From NCBI GenBank assembly GCA_965216875.1, contig OZ244207.1, positions 2,016,001 through 2,080,000 on the forward strand: a stretch of 64,000 nucleotides of DNA, written 5' to 3'. Origin of the DNA: Rubripirellula sp. Its GTDB lineage: Bacteria; Planctomycetota; Planctomycetia; Pirellulales; Pirellulaceae. A program made the position numbers and the translations under genes. Positions 9,308 through 17,439 of this stretch are shown here, piece after piece. Within the stretch, counting starts at the first letter, position 1, and the number at the start of each line of letters is the position of its first letter. Below the pieces are notes generated by a model. The model was not told the DNA's origin. It searched no databases and saw nothing but the letters and a program-made list of their open reading frames with translations.

Positions 9308-12300
9308 GTGCGAAGACCGTTCAAGTCCTGTTTCATTACCGTCACGCTCGTTCTTGCTGGATGCGGTGGTAAGGATCAAGCCAACACACCAAACGCGTCT
9401 GCTAAACCGGAAGTGGCGGAGCAGGTCGGGACGCAAGCGAGTGATGGACCCGACGCTTTGCTTCAACAAGCTCGTACCGCGTTGCAATCCGGTGATCGGG
9501 TACGGGCAAAGCGAAAGGCCGAGCAGGTTCTGATTGCTCGGCCAAACGACTACGACGCATCCGTGGTTCTGATTTCGGTCGCGGTGCTTGAGGAGGACTT
9601 CAAGCAGGCCGTCAGTCTGCTTGTCGACACAGCCGATGTGCACGCCGACAAACGAGCGCAATTGTTGCTGCAAGCCGCTGACTTTATGTTGCGTGACGGT
9701 CAGCGCGATCGCGGTATTGGTACGCTGCGCACGTTGGTCGACGAATTCCCCGACGACCTGATGGCGCGACGTCGGCTCGCTCTGGCGCTGAACAATCAGG
9801 GGTTCCGATTTGACGCCAATGAATTGCTTCGCGAGTTGATGCGCGAAACGCCACTTTCCGAGGCGGAACTTGTCGGCTTGATGCGGCCCATGCAACCCTG
9901 GGCGACCTTTCAATCCAAGCCGTCAGCTAGCGATCATGAACTCGTTGATCGCGTTGGGATCTTAAATGTGGTTGCTGCACTTCAGAGCCGCGGTGATGTT
10001 GACGATGCACTTGCGGCACTCGAACCGAGTGAGCTGCTGAAGTCGGGCGACCCTGCAGCGCAAAGTTGCTATGGATGGCTACTGTCGACCAACCAGCGGT
10101 TCGACGAACTGTCTCGGTGGGCTGCAACCACCGACGCGCGGCATCAACGTTATCCGGCCTACTGGATTGCAATGGGAAACCTCGCAGTTCACCGGCGCGA
10201 TCGGTCAGCACGCTTCTGTTTCCTTCAAGCCATGTTGCGCGAACCAAGCTTTTTGGAAGCGATTCAGGGCTTGGCCGCTGCGATGCGTCTTGAAGGTGAA
10301 ACCGAAGGTGTCGATCGGCTTGAGAAACGCGTGAGCAGGATTCGTTCGACCCAGCGTCTGTTAATGCAAACAGGAAGCGAACCGAATAATTTGAATCTTC
10401 GACTCGAGATCGCCGAGCACCTGCGCGTGATGGGACGCGAGCTCGAAGGCGTGCTGTGGCAAGAGATCGTCTTTTTGCAACAACCCGAATCGACTCCGTC
10501 ACGCATCAAGATCGAGCAGTTTCGACAATCGCTAAGCGGGAGTGATTGGAGTGGTATTTCCGAACCCAGTTTGCTTTGCGGGTTCAAGCTCGAAGGACTT
10601 GCAACGCATGATGCGATGTTGGCAACGATCAAGGCGTCCGTCTCCGACACGGTGCCGAATGCAGCACCCCGCGCCGAGACAATCGGTGCTGTTGATACAC
10701 GGCACCAAATCGTCCTGCACGACGAAGCCTCTGACTTGGGTGTTGCTTTCCAGTATCGAAATGCCAATGTGCCCGTGCAGCGGAATTTTCGACTGTTCGA
10801 AGCACTCGGGGCCGGCTGCGTCTGGCTTGATTTTGACCAGGACGGATGGGTTGATCTCTACCTTGGGCAAGCGGCATGCGACCCACAAGCCGAAACATCT
10901 TCGACGGTTCAAGAAGATTCGAACCGTCTGTATCGCAATGGCGAGCATGTGTTTACCGACGTCACGCTTGAGTCCTTGACGACTGATTGGAACTACACGC
11001 TGGGGATGACATCGGGAGACCTCAACCAAGATGGTTTCCCCGACTTGGTGATTGGAAACGTCGGTGTCAATCGGGTCCTAATCAATCAAGGCGATGGAAC
11101 CTTTCGCGAACAACCGATCGGCGGGGATTGGAACAGGGGCAAGTTGACGTCGTCACTCGCGATCGCGGACATCACCGGCGACGCTCTACCTGAGGTTATC
11201 GAGTCGGCGTATGTCGACGATCCTCAGGTTTTCGACGAAATTGAATTTGATGCTGCCGGGAAAGCGATTTCGCTGCCGAGCCCAAAGCAGGTACGGGCCG
11301 CGCGGGCGCGTTACTTTTCTGGAGTTACGGGTGATGATGCGACCACGGAATTGTTCGACACTTCGGCCGAAACGCTCACGACCGGGCTCGGACTGATCGT
11401 GACCGACATCGATGGTGATGGTGGCAACGAAGTCTTTTCTGCAAACGACCAAAACCCCAATCATCTATGGAAACGAACAAGCGAAAACAGCAAACCGCCC
11501 GCGTGGACCGACTTCGGCATCATCAGCGGCGTAGCGTTCGGGAAAGGGGGAAAACCCTTTGCGTGCATGGGTGTTGCGGTTGCCGATTTTGACCAGAACG
11601 GGAAGCTTGACCTGCATATCACCAACTATTCAGGTGAATGCTCCAATCAATACATGCAGCAGACGGGTGAGACGCTGCGCTTTGTTGACCAAGCACTGGT
11701 GTATGGGTTGAATGGGCCGACGGTTGGCATGGTCGGGTTTGGCGTTCAGGCGATCGATTTTGACAATGACTCCGATGAGGACTTGGTGATCGCGAACGGC
11801 CACATCGATGATTTTGTCGAGCTCGGTTTGGGATTCGAAATGCCAACGCAAGTGCTGTCGCGTGTCGGTGAGACATTCGAGCTTTCGGATGTGGCTGGCG
11901 AGCCCAGCTATTGGAAGGCAAGGCATCTCGGACGGGCGATTGGCAAAGCGGATTGGAACCGCGACGGCAAACTTGACTTTGCGGTCACTCATCTCAGACG
12001 TCCCGTCGCAGTGATGAGGAACTCGACCGCATCCGACGGCCAGTTCCTGCAGCTGCAACTTGTCGGTTTGCAGTCCGAACGAGATGCGATCGGTGCGACC
12101 GTTAAGGTAACGTTTGACGGACGCACGATCGTCAAAGCGATCCAATCTGGCGATGGGTACATGGCCAAGAACGAGTCGGTGTTGTGCTTCGGTCTTGGGA
12201 AAGGGAATGAGGCCGAGTCAATCAGCGTCGAATGGCCCAGCGGGCAAGTTCAAGAGTTTCGGGATGTCGGCTCCGGTACGCGTTACTTGGCGATCGAAGG

Positions 12301-12334
12301 AGAGAACTCGCTTTGGAATCGCTGGGAACGATAA
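9308..12334 (+). CDS. TPR + FG-GAP/CRTAC1-like + ASPIC/UnbV lipoprotein
   Basis: Lipobox LAGC; TPR-like N-half; repeated DFDQDGWVDL/GDLNQDGFPDL; C-terminal RDAIGA.V...GDGY...LCFGLG...V.WPSG. Confidence 0.92.
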   Translation: MRRPFKSCFITVTLVLAGCGGKDQANTPNASAKPEVAEQVGTQASDGPDALLQQARTALQSGDRVRAKRKAEQVLIARPNDYDASVVLISVAVLEEDFKQAVSLLVDTADVHADKRAQLLLQAADFMLRDGQRDRGIGTLRTLVDEFPDDLMARRRLALALNNQGFRFDANELLRELMRETPLSEAELVGLMRPMQPWATFQSKPSASDHELVDRVGILNVVAALQSRGDVDDALAALEPSELLKSGDPAAQSCYGWLLSTNQRFDELSRWAATTDARHQRYPAYWIAMGNLAVHRRDRSARFCFLQAMLREPSFLEAIQGLAAAMRLEGETEGVDRLEKRVSRIRSTQRLLMQTGSEPNNLNLRLEIAEHLRVMGRELEGVLWQEIVFLQQPESTPSRIKIEQFRQSLSGSDWSGISEPSLLCGFKLEGLATHDAMLATIKASVSDTVPNAAPRAETIGAVDTRHQIVLHDEASDLGVAFQYRNANVPVQRNFRLFEALGAGCVWLDFDQDGWVDLYLGQAACDPQAETSSTVQEDSNRLYRNGEHVFTDVTLESLTTDWNYTLGMTSGDLNQDGFPDLVIGNVGVNRVLINQGDGTFREQPIGGDWNRGKLTSSLAIADITGDALPEVIESAYVDDPQVFDEIEFDAAGKAISLPSPKQVRAARARYFSGVTGDDATTELFDTSAETLTTGLGLIVTDIDGDGGNEVFSANDQNPNHLWKRTSENSKPPAWTDFGIISGVAFGKGGKPFACMGVAVADFDQNGKLDLHITNYSGECSNQYMQQTGETLRFVDQALVYGLNGPTVGMVGFGVQAIDFDNDSDEDLVIANGHIDDFVELGLGFEMPTQVLSRVGETFELSDVAGEPSYWKARHLGRAIGKADWNRDGKLDFAVTHLRRPVAVMRNSTASDGQFLQLQLVGLQSERDAIGATVKVTFDGRTIVKAIQSGDGYMAKNESVLCFGLGKGNEAESISVEWPSGQVQEFRDVGSGTRYLAIEGENSLWNRWER

Positions 12335-12448
12335 ACGGCGATGCATTCCTCATCGCCATCGGGATAACGGCCTAAACTGGTTGTCGCGGATGCGGGCGAG
12401 GCGTCCATGCCACCCGCTTCCCTCTGCAGCCGTTTCACCCTGGCTGGG

Positions 12449-13591
12449 TTAGAAACCGAAACGGCCTGCAATCACACCTCGCATCAATTCATCATCAAGC
12501 GGCGACATGTCACCAAAGATCATGTCATCACCGTCATCTCCGTAAAGCAAGTCGCTGCCCAATCCGCCAAAGATGATGTCGGCGTTGGACAAGGCTTGTT
12601 GCGGTTCGCCATCATCCGACTCTGCTTCGCCCTCGGCTGTTTCGGCGACAACTTCGATGTTCGGTTCGTCCGATTCTGCGTCTTCGTTGGCGGCTTCAGG
12701 TTGCGCTATTGGGGCTTGCTGGTTGGGTGTCGAGTCCGTTGGAACCGGTTCGGCTTCCTCGGTCGTGACTTCGGCTTCAGCATCAACCGTCCCGACATCG
12801 CCCTCAGCAGAAGCTTCGAGATCGACCGGCTGGTCCAGCTCAGCTACGGGAGTTGCCTCTTCGCCAACGGGCAGCGGCTCAGGTTCGGCCATGCAAGGCT
12901 CGCTGAATTCGATCTCTTCGGGAACCGGTTCCGCGATGACCGCAATCGGGGTCGCCGTTTCCGCATCGCCTACCGCGTCGTCTTCAACGGGCGTTTCGGC
13001 AGTCGGGGCATCGGCTTGTTGCGCATCGTTGGCTTCATCGACCTGTTCGTTCTCGACCGAGTCGTTGGTTTCGGTCGACGATTCTGAATTCGATTCATCG
13101 GCCGACTGCGACTCGGTGTCTGCTGGCGAATCATCCGTCGTTGGCGCGAGTGAAATTGCAGTATTGACGCCAGGGCCGGCAAAGACTTGGTCGTTGCCAC
13201 CGCCACCAAGAATCAGGTCGTTACCCGTTCCGCCCAACAGGATATCGTCGCCGCCGCCCCCGAGTAGCACATCATCACCGGCTCCCGCGCGTGCGACGAC
13301 GCGAACCGAAGTGTCGTTGACCAACAGGTCGTCGCCATCACCGCATTGAAACACAATCTCGTTGACTTGGTCTGCTGCGAACGATGCCGATTGCTCACTC
13401 GTTGCAAGTCCAGAGTCGTCGAAGCTGGAGAGATTCACGACCACGGCGCCATTCTCAGAATAGACTTCCGCCGCATCGTGATGATCGGTGCCAGTGATCG
13501 CGATCGTTCCGTCGAACATCGCTATGTCACCGGCCATCAACTGACGCGATTCCAAAGCTTGAACAGCCAACCGTTTCGTAACACGCTTCAT
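12449..13591 (-). CDS. Planctomycete extracellular Ca-binding (RTX-like repeat) protein with acidic low-complexity insert
   Basis: N-terminal RLAVQALESRQLMAGD signal; GGxGxD repeats on both sides of an E/A/P/D-rich tract. Confidence 0.82.
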   Translation of the reverse strand: MKRVTKRLAVQALESRQLMAGDIAMFDGTIAITGTDHHDAAEVYSENGAVVVNLSSFDDSGLATSEQSASFAADQVNEIVFQCGDGDDLLVNDTSVRVVARAGAGDDVLLGGGGDDILLGGTGNDLILGGGGNDQVFAGPGVNTAISLAPTTDDSPADTESQSADESNSESSTETNDSVENEQVDEANDAQQADAPTAETPVEDDAVGDAETATPIAVIAEPVPEEIEFSEPCMAEPEPLPVGEEATPVAELDQPVDLEASAEGDVGTVDAEAEVTTEEAEPVPTDSTPNQQAPIAQPEAANEDAESDEPNIEVVAETAEGEAESDDGEPQQALSNADIIFGGLGSDLLYGDDGDDMIFGDMSPLDDELMRGVIAGRFGF

Positions 13592-13955
13592 CGCAATAAT
13601 CCTCTTGCGAGCCAAAGAACGCTCTGTGACCTGAACCGAACAGACCACAACCGCTCTCGAGAACCATGGAAAAGAGCCAGCAACCTTCACTCGAGAGGCG
13701 TGAAACCGTTCACCCGTCTCGCGGTTGCTTTGGCAATGCGTGCTTACGCAGAGAATGTGCCAATCGAATGACTAGCAATTGAAGAATGATCGGACGACCG
13801 CGAAAAGGTGCGGCAGACAGGCCGCGAATCGCCGCCAAAAAAATACTTCATCCAATAGCGAGAATCAGATTCGAAACCCGCATTCCCTTTTCAAACAATG
13901 TCGAATTTACCGAGCATGGAAGGAATTACAAACCAAACACTCGAGTGAAACTCGA

Positions 13956-14378
13956 TCAATCGAGGGCGAGAACGATGTTGAGTCCATCGGTCTTGCCAGC
14001 TTCGATTTTGGTTCGAAGTCCGCTGGTGTAGTAGTCGGCATACTTGCGCGGAACGGTATTGCCGTGTTGATGGTCTTCGGCAGCCAAGTCTTCAGTCAGG
14101 ACGATCTGAACCACAACGATTTCATACTCGCCAGGTGGCAAGCCGATGGTCCCGTCGGTGCTCTTTAGTCGAAACCGCCCATCCTTGGCAATTCTCGCAG
14201 CGTACCGGTCGCCATACGATACGCGTCGGAATTCGATACTGCCCGATTGAACGGGTGTACCATCATCGAACGAAACCTGGCCCATCGCGGTGACAAGGTT
14301 CGAGCCGCAACCAGAGAGCGCCAAGCACAGCGACAGGATCGGTAGCGACCAAACAAGACGTCGATCAACTCGGCTCAA
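13956..14378 (-). CDS. Carboxypeptidase-regulatory-like domain lipoprotein (DUF1559 partner)
   Basis: Lipobox LSGC; G.VSFDDG.PV..G.I.F, G..PGEY.I.V, VP.KY; TTG overlaps the DUF1559 TGA. Confidence 0.8.
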   Translation of the reverse strand: MSRVDRRLVWSLPILSLCLALSGCGSNLVTAMGQVSFDDGTPVQSGSIEFRRVSYGDRYAARIAKDGRFRLKSTDGTIGLPPGEYEIVVVQIVLTEDLAAEDHQHGNTVPRKYADYYTSGLRTKIEAGKTDGLNIVLALD

Positions 14379-15409
14379 TGCGTCAGCTCCACAACGCGAG
14401 CATCCCGCCGGTTGGCCAATTTGCCGAGCAACTTGGTATCCGTTTCTGGAGAGAAGAAATGAACACTGCCATCGACGAATGCAAAGTGCACGCCGCCCGG
14501 ATGCCAACTGCCAAAGGAAAACATGTCGGCGAGCACATCACTGGGACTGTGAGCCAATCGCAAACCAGGGCCGGCAAGACGACTGGAGGCGGGAAGGTGG
14601 TCACCATCGTAGGCAGGCGAATCTTCAGGAAAGACGCCGAGGCCATTGTGCGGAATGAACTTCTCGCCAAACAGGAACGTGTTGGAGGTTCCGTCGAACA
14701 CCGAGGCCATTTTGACCCGGTCCATCGGAGTGACTGCTTTTCCATCACTGCAAATGGGGCGGCAACTGATGATCACGCCCGTTCCATTGCCGCCGAAATA
14801 AAAGTCGGTTGGATCGCCTGTTGCACCGGGCGTCAAATCGCCGTGGTTGCCGGCGTAGTCGGATAGTGCACCGATAACGTCCAGGTCAACTTCGGTTGGA
14901 CGCGGTCCCACGGGGCAACCACAAGGCAACGTGCCACCTTCGCCTGACGTCGTCGTGCGAAGATTGCGTTGCCCGATCGGCTGGGTTCCCGAACGACGCG
15001 ACGGACAAAGGAAGATGTCGGGAATGGTGGTTCGCACTTCTTCCGAGTGCTGGTGCCAGGGTTTGGAGTAGTCCCATTTATCACCCAAGGCGACCTGTTC
15101 GATGTACGGCATGACTCGAACCAACCAAGTTGGCGTTTCGAGCCCGCATTGGTTGATCGGGTCAGCATCGGGACGGGTTTCGTACCGGGCTGGTGGAAAA
15201 TAACCGAGCGCATCGTGGTGCATTTGCGTCGCCAGCGCAAGTTGTCGAACGCGGTTCGCGCAATCGGTCTTCCGTGCCGCTTCTCGCGCCGCTTGTACCG
15301 CTGGAAGAAGCAGCCCAACGAGTATTCCGATGATCGTCATCACGACGATGAGTTCGACGAGAGTGAACCCGCGACGAGCACGTTGAGGCTGAGCGAAAGT
15401 CGTTTCCAT
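14375..15409 (-). CDS. DUF1559 prepilin-type N-terminal cleavage / H-X9-DG protein
   Basis: GFTLVELIVV...LLPAVQAAREAAR, DGTSNT..GE, FGSWHPGG..F.F.DGSV. Confidence 0.96.
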   Translation of the reverse strand: METTFAQPQRARRGFTLVELIVVMTIIGILVGLLLPAVQAAREAARKTDCANRVRQLALATQMHHDALGYFPPARYETRPDADPINQCGLETPTWLVRVMPYIEQVALGDKWDYSKPWHQHSEEVRTTIPDIFLCPSRRSGTQPIGQRNLRTTTSGEGGTLPCGCPVGPRPTEVDLDVIGALSDYAGNHGDLTPGATGDPTDFYFGGNGTGVIISCRPICSDGKAVTPMDRVKMASVFDGTSNTFLFGEKFIPHNGLGVFPEDSPAYDGDHLPASSRLAGPGLRLAHSPSDVLADMFSFGSWHPGGVHFAFVDGSVHFFSPETDTKLLGKLANRRDARVVELTH

Positions 15410-15820
15410 TGGTTTTCCCACCCAAACAGGGTTCATTTGCGAGCACTCATCCTAGATTCTCTGGGGGGGATAATCTACCTACACCACCCGCAATCACTGA
15501 TCTTAACCGTTCTCAGCCTGTGTCGGAGCACCCTTTTCCGTTTATTCCAGCGGTACGGATGTCGCACCTTCGACGCCCCTTTTGGCTGGCCGGTTCCCAG
15601 CCACCGGGAATCAGCGCCCGAGTCAGCTCTCGCCAGGCCACGACTAGCAGCGGTGTCGGCGGATTGAGGCAAGGTTTCAGTGCCGCCAGAGCGGGCATCC
15701 GCCGACTTGTGGCGGGCCGCCGCGGGCCCCGCAATTGATGGCGTTTCGCGGTTGCGAAAGTGTTTACTAATTCGCTGCATACGTCGGAATCTTGCCGGCT
15801 TCCAGTCCGATAATCTTCGC

Positions 15821-15957
15821 AGGAAGGAAGGTACCGGCCTGACTTCTGTTGGGGCAGATGCAGCGACCGCCAAACGCTGCCGTGGCCTTGCGGACCTACC
15901 CCCCGCAATGCCGCGTCCGGAAAGACCGCTCAGTCATCGACTGGGCGGTCTTTTTTT
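15821..15957 (+). ncRNA. Candidate small RNA (two hairpins plus intrinsic terminator)
   Basis: No credible + strand CDS upstream; GGAATC-N17-GATAAT at 15786-15814; hairpins at 15860-15880 and 15888-15908; strong terminator. Confidence 0.4.
15921..15957 (+). terminator. Rho-independent terminator
   Basis: aaagaccgctcagtc-atc-gactgggcggtc followed by T7. Confidence 0.85.
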
Positions 15958-15988
15958 GTGCATGTGAGCTTCTCGAAGCACACATCTC

Positions 15989-16026
15989 TTGACCGCTAGG
16001 TCACTACTGATATAGTGGCTATATCA
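15989..16026 (+). promoter_or_regulatory. Sigma70-like promoter with overlapping palindromic operator
   Basis: TTGACC-N16-TATAGT; perfect inverted repeat TGATATAG-tgg-CTATATCA (16008-16026) over the -10 box. Confidence 0.7.
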
Positions 16027-16065
16027 CAAGTGAGCTAGTGAGGCGGCAAATCCACCGAGGCAACG

Positions 16066-16662
16066 ATGAGCCTGGAACACATCCTCTTGGGCATGCTCCG
16101 TACGCCCTCGAGCGGCTACGACCTTCGCCGCGAATTTGCAACGGGCGCGGCGCACTTTTGGGCAGCTGGCTTGAACCAGATCTATCCCACGCTTCAACGC
16201 ATGGAAGAGAAGCAGTGGCTCAAGAGCAAAGAAGAGCAATCGGAACAGGGGCCGCCGCGGCGTGTCTATCGCCGGACCGCGGCGGGGACACGAGAGCTTC
16301 GCAGCTGGCTTGCCTCGGATCCCAAAATGCCAGCGCATCGATTGGCATACATCGGTCAGCTCGTGTTCCTTGGCCAGCTTGATGACCTTGAGGAATCACA
16401 CCGGTTTGTCACCGAACTACGCGAAGGATTTGTACAGAGCATTGCTGTTTTCGACGCTCCGTTTAACGACGAAACGGACGCCTCCGCCCTTGAGCTGATG
16501 AAGCACGCGTTCGAGACGGATGCCACCGCGCTAGGCAACCTCGAGTTTCACTACATGCTCAGCATGCAGCTAGGGCGTGAATCGATTCAAAACAAGATCG
16601 CAATTTGTGACTGGATGCTTGAGATGATCAAACGCAAACAAGAGGCGACCGAGAATGCTTAA
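16066..16662 (+). CDS. PadR family transcriptional regulator
   Basis: LEHILLGML..PSSGYDL...FW....QIYPTL..ME...RRVY..T.AG. Confidence 0.93.
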   Translation: MSLEHILLGMLRTPSSGYDLRREFATGAAHFWAAGLNQIYPTLQRMEEKQWLKSKEEQSEQGPPRRVYRRTAAGTRELRSWLASDPKMPAHRLAYIGQLVFLGQLDDLEESHRFVTELREGFVQSIAVFDAPFNDETDASALELMKHAFETDATALGNLEFHYMLSMQLGRESIQNKIAICDWMLEMIKRKQEATENA

Positions 16663-17434
16663 TATGATTCACGACGGGTGGGTTTGGTTGCACATTGCTG
16701 TCGGTAGCATTGGCACCGCCGTTTTTTGGGTCGCCGCGTTGTCGAAGAAAGGGGGCCCGCTTCATCGCAAGGCGGGCAAGCTCTTCGTCTGGTCAGCTTA
16801 CGTTATCGCCGCGACAGCACTTGTCTCATGCACTTGGGGACTAGTTCACACCAAGAGTTTTGTGGAGGGGGCGACGCTGAGCTCGCCACAGCTTGCACAA
16901 TTCCGTTTGTTCATATCGCTGTTGGGCGTGCTTGCGTTTGTGACCTGTGCGTCGGCGATCTTGGGAATGCGCGTCTTGTGGCACAAGAATGTTCCGGACA
17001 AAGTGCTGAGCCGCCCCCTTGCTGTGATCTATTGGCTTCAGGGAACGTCGAGTCTCGGATTGCTCGCGCTGGGTATCGGCTATCTGTCGACAGGATTCCT
17101 GCATCCGTTGACTTACGCCGCGACCGTGTTGGGCATCGTGTTCACATTAAATGCCATCGGAGAGTATCGCTACGCAAAGTCACCCCCAAGTGCAGCGAAG
17201 GCGTGGCTGGCCAAACACATTGCGTGCATGCTTGGCTGCGGGATTGCGTTTCATACCGCGTTGCTGCTGGCGGGGGCTCGCCGACTACTTGAAGGTTTGC
17301 TACCGGGTGCATTGGCCATCGCACCGTGGATTCTGCCCACCATCATCGGCATGATCGCGATCACGGTTTTGACTAATCGCTACGCACCGACACCAAAAGC
17401 GCGCGATCATGAGCAGAGTCTCGAGACCGAGTAA
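16655..17434 (+). CDS. DUF2306-like multi-pass membrane protein
   Basis: LHIAVG...KKGG.LHRKAGK...W..KHI..M...IAFHTA...W.LP; overlaps the padR stop. Confidence 0.75.
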   Translation: MLNMIHDGWVWLHIAVGSIGTAVFWVAALSKKGGPLHRKAGKLFVWSAYVIAATALVSCTWGLVHTKSFVEGATLSSPQLAQFRLFISLLGVLAFVTCASAILGMRVLWHKNVPDKVLSRPLAVIYWLQGTSSLGLLALGIGYLSTGFLHPLTYAATVLGIVFTLNAIGEYRYAKSPPSAAKAWLAKHIACMLGCGIAFHTALLLAGARRLLEGLLPGALAIAPWILPTIIGMIAITVLTNRYAPTPKARDHEQSLETE

Positions 17435-17439
17435 CGGTC

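Noticed and set aside
15440..15960. Known riboswitch (cobalamin, SAM, c-di-GMP, ZTP), SRP RNA or 6S RNA
   Set aside because: Diagnostic consensus motifs not found by eye; GGAAGGAAGG lacks the SRP GCAGC context, and there is no 6S-like end-to-end pairing.
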